From Flaccisagitta enflata (taxonomy: Eukaryota), in the NCBI GenBank assembly GCA_965153355.1, contig OZ231126.1, forward strand, positions 37,944,001-38,008,000: DNA of 64,000 nucleotides, given 5' to 3'. Positions 56,495 to 64,000 of the stretch are shown here, in pieces (position 1 is the first letter of the stretch; each line of letters begins with the position of its first letter). The notes under the pieces are model-generated. The model saw nothing but the letters and a program-made list of their open reading frames with translations, did not search any database and had not been told where the DNA came from. The translations under genes were made by a program, and so were the position numbers.

Positions 56495-56834
56495 GAGGGA
56501 AAGAAAGAAAGAAAAGAGGAAAAATTCTCCGGTAGTGCTACTCTGACAAATATGTTTATGCACGCATTACGCCGATGATTGGCATCCTCCTTCATGCCCC
56601 ACACATGAAGTAATCGGTTCGTGAACGACGTGAATTTTCATGGGGTTCTTAGCCCCCGCCCCCCCCCCCTCATACTCCTCTTCTTCCTCTTCCCGCTCCA
56701 TCCCACTCCCCTCCTCTCTCTTTTTTCTTCAGAATAAAAGTGACCTCCTTCAATCCGCGCTACTTAAAAATGATGAACTTGTCTCCTCAGACTTCCTTCC
56801 TTTTGGTCTGGTTAACTCTTTTTTCTTCTGCACT

Positions 56835-57146
<312 letters not shown>

Positions 57147-57394
57147 GAATGTCGCGTGGCCGTGGACCAACGAAGGACCAAGAAAATCTGGTCGCCAACC
57201 ATGATTTGGAGAACCCCTCGGGGGAAAAAAGAGATGGGCGGCGTCTAATCCAACCAACCGACATTGAAAATTGGGGGGATTGATCTACGTGGGAGTTGAC
57301 AGCGGGATTGGGAAGGAGAGCTTGGTGGGTGGGGACTATAATAGAGACGGAGCCAACTTCTGAAAATGGATATGGAAAGAAACTGGTGATGATA

Positions 57395-58166
57395 CACCGC
57401 CTTCGGATCGAAGTGCATTATTGTAAACCTTTATAACTCATAAACTACTAGACCTTAAATCTTCAGATTTTCAGTGTATGTTGGTAACAAGTAACAGTTT
57501 TGTTATGCCAAGCCTCAACATCAAGGAGTTGATTGGTTGAAGTCAGCAAAAAATTGAAAGAAGTGCTATTTGGAGGGCCAAAGCAATTTTTTGCAATATT
57601 TCTTATAAGCAACTGTCTTTATTTGCTTGAAATCTTTATACAAATTGCGCAAGCACCTTGGTGTTGGTGTCAAATGATAGATATTTCAATCATAGATTGT
57701 GTTTTGATGCCAAACTGGAAAAATAGGGACTCTTAACAAAGTTTCAGTGGATTTGAGTCAGTCATTCTCTCAATTTGGAATATCAATCATGAAAAAATCA
57801 ACATGATTCTACTTGAATGCTAAAAATCATAGAACTTTTGAGCAGAACTATAATCTACAACTAGTTCTCTTTGATTTGAGACCAATCTAAAGGCCCTGGA
57901 TCAATCGGTTTGAAATGACCAGCAAATAGAGAGTTTGTTGTAGAACACATTGCAAAAAATTTGATTTGGCCCTCAATTTGGCAATTCTTTTAATGGTCTG
58001 CCGACTTCAACCAATCAAGTTGCTGATACTAAGGTTTCGCATGACAATACTGTCACTTATTACCAACATACACTGAAAATTTGAAAAGTTTTGGTTCAGT
58101 AGTTTAGTTTAGTTTAGTTCAGAGTTAGAAAGGTTTACAATGATGCACTTCGATCCGAAGACGGTG
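57395..58166. mobile_element. Tc1-like non-autonomous element with ~200-bp imperfect TIRs
   Basis: TA|CACCGCCTTCGGATCGAAGTGCATTATTGTAAACCTTT ... AAAGGTTTACAATGATGCACTTCGATCCGAAGACGGTG|TA; inverted similarity extends to GAGGGCCAAA..TTTTTTGCAAT. Confidence 0.88.
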
Positions 58167-58649
58167 TATTAGGGATATTCAAAGGCGCTGTTAAGACGCG
58201 AAGGAGGGCCTTGAGGGAAGCGAACTACGGAAAATGGATACGAATTGAAACCAGAGATTATATCAGGTATATATATAAGCGCTGCTAAGTCGTGTGCTAA
58301 GTCGTGTCGTGTCGTGCTAAGTCGTGTGCAATGCGACTCTTTAGCTTGCTATGTCTGTTTCCGTTTCTTTGTCACGTTGTCACTCAAACTGATTTAACAA
58401 GGTGCAAGACCTGAAAATAAAAATGATAACAATCATTTTTCTATTACCAAAAACTTCTTTTTCAGCTGAGATAAATTTGGATCTATTTTTTCTTAAACAG
58501 ATACACCGATTACGGAAGATCGCTGCGCTTTGACCGCCCCCCCCCCCTTTGGTCGAATGAATTCAATTTTTGCGTGGCGGGGACAAGGAAGCCTGGACCA
58601 AATAAAACTGACCGTAGAGCAACGCCGAGGGTTGCGTCTGGCGTTTGAC

Positions 58650-58778
<129 letters not shown>

Positions 58779-59009
58779 GTTCTATGCCTCTCAGTTGGAG
58801 TTGATTATTTTTAGACTCTGCCTCCAGACTCTTGGGCTGGAATTGAATGGAGTGATTTTGTTGTTGTTTTCTTTTTTTGGTCGTAAAATTGTGTCTAAAC
58901 ACTGTGTCGGGAACTGAGTTTAATCTTTAAACAGTCCAATGTAAGCAATGCAATGTGCGACATCTTGAAGTAAAGGCTTATAAGTGGCCAGAAACTGAGT
59001 TTTCCCACC

Positions 59010-59722
59010 TTTTTGGGCAGAGGCTCCGGAGGGGCTGATGACCTATGGATCCACACAGGGTGACTTCCTTTGGTTTTCCATTTCCATCCCCCCCTCAGAC
59101 ATATAAACATACCCCAGACCTCAAATCAAGCCTCTCAGACCCCAAATCAGGCCTATCAGACCCAAAACAGGCTTCTCAGACCCCAAATAAGGTCACTCAG
59201 ACCCTAAATCAGGCCTCTCAAACCCTAAATCAGGCATCTCCTGCATACACACCCATTGTCATTACTACTCCCGACTCAGGCTTCTCAGATCACAAATCAG
59301 ATCTCCCAGACCTAAATTAAAGCCCCTCAAACCCCAAATCATGCCTCTCAGACTTTGAATCAGGCCTCTCAGACCTTGAATCAGGCCTCTCAGTCCCCAA
59401 ATCGACCCCAAATCTGGCCTCTCAGATCGTAATTCAAGCTACAAACTCCAAATCAGACCTTTCACACCCCAAATCAGGCCTCGCAGACCCAAATTCTAGC
59501 CTCTTAGACTCAACTCAGGCCTCTAAGACCGTCATTAAGGCTCGTCAGACCTCTCAGACCTCAAATCAGGCCTTTCCGATTCCAAATCAGACCTCTGAAA
59601 ATCTTCCTGTGTGGCATCATTGGTCATCTCTTCCTGCCGGCCGCTGTCCCTCTCACCATCACATCCTTATATAAACTAACTTAGAGGCATCGGGTACCGC
59701 TGACCATGTAACGCTTTTGCGT
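59010..59722 (+). mobile_element. Family B copy with (CAGACCCCAAATCAGGCCTCT)n array
   Basis: TTTTTGGGCAGAGGCTCC start, ~21-bp tandem array, CCGCTGTCCC IR and GGCATCGGGTACCGCTGACCAT tail. Confidence 0.75.
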
Positions 59723-60822
59723 TTTTATAGTTTCGACATTTAGGTTACCCCTCGCTAGATGGCATTCCCTCCATCTACCCAACCTCAACCATGCTACCCA
59801 ACTGCCAATTCCCAAACTCGATTGCCCAAAAATATTCCCGGGTTTCTTTTGTGTTTTGGTAAATTCCATATACATCTGCGATTGAATCATGAATATTTAA
59901 CGCGCTTTTTGCCGCAAACATCTCTTTTTCTGCCTTCTCTGCCATACGAATGTTTGCAGGTATTCGACTTCATAAGACGGTAAATTTTTGAAAAGAATGG
60001 ATGTGTTTCAGTCCAGTTTTTTCTTTATACTGGATCAATTATTCAGCAACTAGCACTTCTATGAGACGAATTGTCTCCAGACACACTGTATATGTACATC
60101 TGTATTCAAAAATATGCTTAAAGTCGCCTTTTGATACGCTTTTCAAAAATAGAAAGGCAGGAAAATGAGGGTTTCTGATGAAATTCCGCTTACAAATTTT
60201 GAGATGACATTGTACATTTACTGATATATACAGAGGATGGAGCCGCATCTTACCTGATAAAACCTTTTAATCCCCCCTCAGGGTTCCTAATTAGACACCC
60301 AAGTGATTTCTAGGGCCATTTTTTATCCTGAGCCTCAAGATTGATCAAGGAAGTCTCGCATGTCAGTTGACAAAATTAATTTGCATATTTTTAGATAATC
60401 AAGAAAAAAGTCATTTTCTGATATTGGAAATCGATTGAACTATCGGTGAAGCAATATTTTAGCTTACTAGTATTCCTGAGAAAGCAGTTCAACAAAAAAA
60501 ACCACTAAAAGTCAGCCTGAACAGCAGGAAATAAAATTAATTCACATCTGATGACAGAAAAATAAAGATTCAGAAAAAACGTTTTACCGCGGTCGAAATT
60601 CTAAGACTCTCAAAAGCAGCAACATTTTGCATTTTGAAAAACATAGTTCTCTCTGTTATTGATTTTGGAAGAGAACTATGTTTTTTTTTCCATTTTTTCA
60701 TTTTCTATGCAAATTTAGAATTTCGACCGACCCTATGTCAGTTCAGAAATGGGAACTTTTATTTCTTAGTCTTTTGTGATTGTATTCAAGTCTCAACGGA
60801 ACGTCATCACTGTTCTTTTTAC

Positions 60823-60883
<61 letters not shown>

Positions 60884-60946
60884 AACAAAGTCGTCATCGC
60901 TACTGTCATTGTCAAAAATTTGACTCCCAAACGAATATACTGGATT

Positions 60947-60998
<52 letters not shown>

Positions 60999-61184
60999 AT
61001 TACTGCCCCTGCCCAACCTTCCGCGACTGTCCTGCCGTGTATCCGGCCTTGTCCTTATTTGGATTATTGTGTGAGGACGAATTGTTGCGCTCGTCACATT
61101 AGGATGTCGGAGAACACAAGAAATGCAATGCTAAAAAGTTCCACCAGCAGAGGACAGTTTTAAGTTTTTTTAAACCTTCAATGA

Positions 61185-61813
61185 GTAAAAAAAAAGTGAC
61201 GCGTGGTCACAATATCGTTGACAGGTGGGCAGGGACAGTCAGCCCCCATCCACACCCAACGCCCTACCCAACCCCCCTTCCAACACTGACACATACACAA
61301 AAAAACTTTTAGAACGCTCGTTTTTCTACTTTTGGACTCAGGCTCATGGACTGACAGACGGACAGAACCTCTTGTAGAGTTGCATGTCCGCAACAAAAAC
61401 AAGGCCGGATACACGGCTACCCCAGTTGCGTGCGGGTGGGCAGGGACCGTAATTGAGGTCATTAGATCATTTGGGTAGGAGCAGTGAAGTAAACAAGGCC
61501 GGATACACGGCTACCCCAGTCGCGTGCGGGTGGGCAGGGGCCATAATTGTGGTCACCAGATCATTTGGACAGGAGCAGTAAGGCCAAAAACCGCAAAAAC
61601 CCAAAAAAAGTAAAGTGTGATGGACGGACGGACGGACCGACGGACCGACGGACGGACGGACCGACAAAGCGGGGTGTAGAGTCGCGTCACACGCGACTAA
61701 AAACCGCAAAAAAAAAAACAAAAAAGTAAAGTGTGACGGACCGACGGACCAACGGACCGACGGACGGACCGACAAAGCAGGGTGTAGAGTCGCGTAGCAC
61801 GCGACTAAAAAAA
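61185..61813 (-). mobile_element. Nested or stacked cluster of 3-4 family A copies
   Basis: Two AACAAGGCCGGATACACGGCTACCCCAG termini (61398, 61491) and three ...GCGACTAAAAA-type termini. Confidence 0.75.
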
Positions 61814-62734
61814 AGATAAATGAAAGCAAGTGACAAGGAGTCAAAATATTTGGATTTGATTATCAATATCATGATGCATTTTTGTTTCGGGTTATTGGTT
61901 TACTCACTGTTGGGATAGTGATGGTTTGTGGTGATGGAAAAGTAATTTGCTTAAGGGTGACCCTTAGGTCACCCATAGGAATATGGTTGAGTAAAATTAT
62001 GGTAGCACGAAATACTGGTCCTCAACGCTGTGGTGTTTAAGTCTCAACCAAAGAAAAAAAGTGGTTGCGGTTTCCTCCTCCATTTCAATGTTGCAAATGC
62101 ATAAAGTAGCAGTGATGAACATGATAGCTTTCAATGTTCATAAGCTAGCATAATATAGCCTTAAAACAACCATTGATTTGTTAACAATGCAAGAATCGAA
62201 TCGACAGTGTATTAGATGCTATTGGGGGCCATCGAAACATGGAAGATATTGTATGTTCAAATTTCCTACGCCATGCGCTGAATATGACAGACTTCTTTTG
62301 AACACAAAACTTGCTGTCTTCAAGATTCTTAATTTTGTATATTACTGAGGCTGTTTTTGGTCATCATAATTTTTTGTATCAAAGTAAAATTCTATCAGAT
62401 TATGTAATTTTTTTTACTTTTTTGTACTAAAAGTAAGTCAATTATATATTAATAATATATTCTTTTATATAAATCATAACCAATTTTGCTGATATCCCTA
62501 ATTTATAGCTAAATTTTGTTGTAATTTGTAAACAGAAGCAGATTTTGCATTGAAATTTTTACTGATGACATATCTAAAGTACTTATATTACCTAGTTCAA
62601 TCAATTTTATCTGTTGCAAATGTTCATTTTTGAACCTCTGTGAAACACAAATGTTGCCTTCCCAGGATCGCCGTCCTAAGCAATTCTGACTCTTCGATTC
62701 AGCGATGAAATGGGAGAAAACTTGTTGCAGGTCC

Positions 62735-63690
62735 TCATCGTGATCGTCGTCATCTCCATCAACATCATTGTCTTCTTCTTCGTCATCGTCGTCATCTCCA
62801 TCAACATTATTGTCTTCTTCTTTGTCATCGTCGTCATCTCCATCAACATCATTGTCTTCTTCTTTGTCATCGTCGTCATCTCCATCAACATCATTGTCTT
62901 GTTCTTCGTCATCGTCGTCATCTCCATCAACATCATTGTCTTCTTCTTCGTCATTGTCATCATCTCCATCAACATCATTGTCTTGTTCTTCGTCATCGTC
63001 GTCATCTCCATCAACATCATTGTCTTCTTCTTTGTCATCGTCGTCATCTCCATCAACATCATCATCTTCTTCTTCGTCATCGTCGTCATCTCCATCAACA
63101 TCATTGTCTTCTTCTTCGTCATCGTCGTCATCTCCATCAGCATCATTGTCTTCTTCTTTGTCATTGTCGTCATCTCCATCAACATCATCATCGTCGTCTC
63201 CTTCGTCATCGTCGTCATCTCCATCAACATCATCGTCTTCTTCTTCGTCATCGTCGTCATCTCCATCAACATCATTGTCTTCTTCTTCGTCATCGTCGTC
63301 ATCTCCATCAGCATCATTGTCTTCTTCTTCGTCATTGTCGTCATCTCCATCAGCATCATTGTCTTCTTCTTCGTCATCGTCGTCATCTCCATCAACATCA
63401 TTGTCTTCTTCTTCGTCATCGTCGTCATCTCCATCAACATCATTGTCTTCTTCTTCGTCATCGTCCTCATCTCCATCAACATCATTGTCTTCTTCTTCGT
63501 CATCGTCGTCATCTCCATCACCATCATTGTCTTCTTCTTCGTCATCGTCGTCATCTCCATCAGCATCATTGTCTTCTTCTTTGTCATTGTCGTCATCTCC
63601 ATCATCATCATCGTCGTCTCCTTCGTCATCGTCGTCATCTCCATCAACATCATCGTCTTCTTCTTCGTCATCGTCGTCATCTCCATCAAC
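62735..63690. repeat. 42-bp minisatellite, ~23 copies
   Basis: Unit GTCATCGTCGTCATCTCCATCAACATCATTGTCTTCTTCTTC. Confidence 0.93.
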
Positions 63691-63915
63691 GAGAGGCCTG
63701 ATTTGGGGCCAGAGAGGCCTGATTTGGGGTCAGAAAGGTGTGGTTTGGGGTCTGGCAGGCTTGATTGCGGGTCAGTGGGGCCTGATTTGGGGTCAGGGAG
63801 ACCTAGTTTGAGGCTTTGGGGGGCAGACAGACAGACGGACAGACAGACGGAAACCGGAGAAAATTGCCCTGTGTGGGATCATAGGTCATCGGCCCCTCCG
63901 GGGCTGCTGCCCAAC
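63691..63915. mobile_element. Truncated family B copy
   Basis: (GAGAGGCCTGATTTGGGG)-type repeats followed by IR CCCTGTGTGGGATCATAGGTCATCGGCCCCTCCGGGGCTGCTGCCCAA. Confidence 0.65.
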
Positions 63916-64000
63916 AGAGATCCGAAGCCAACTGATCAATACAATAAGCCACCGAGATCAAACGAGGCCTCATACATCCTCCACGTTGTCCTCGGCGGTG

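Noticed and set aside
62676..63811. Met/Thr/Lys-rich (337 aa) and Ser-rich (347 aa) ORFs
   Set aside because: Alternative frames of the 42-bp minisatellite, with no independent evidence of coding.

Overview
Animal-type genomic DNA, very rich in microsatellites and transposon relics; no prokaryotic features, rRNA or CRISPR were found. The only protein-coding gene I can recognise is the 3' half of a CELF1/2-type (CUGBP/Bruno-like) RNA-binding protein on the + strand. Eight GT-AG exons (3382-16201) splice in a consistent reading frame and encode a low-complexity Ala/His/Ser/Pro linker plus a complete RRM3; RRM1-2 must lie upstream of the window. The remaining ~48 kb has no recognisable gene. It contains non-autonomous DNA transposons: two hAT-like elements with exact 8-bp target-site duplications (TSDs), four Tc1/mariner-like elements with TA TSDs, and two abundant, often nested Helentron/HINE (DINE-1-like) families, plus 68-, 81-, 42- and 29-bp tandem repeats. 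Main points of interest: complementary (GA)n/(TC)n tracts bracketing CELF introns and a frame-preserving RRM3 exon, a candidate poison acceptor, duplicated exon-donor junctions, loss of the usual C-terminal PY motif, co-varying hairpins in the HINE family, and a 406-codon acidic frame missed by the ORF track. All splice models are inferred from sequence only.
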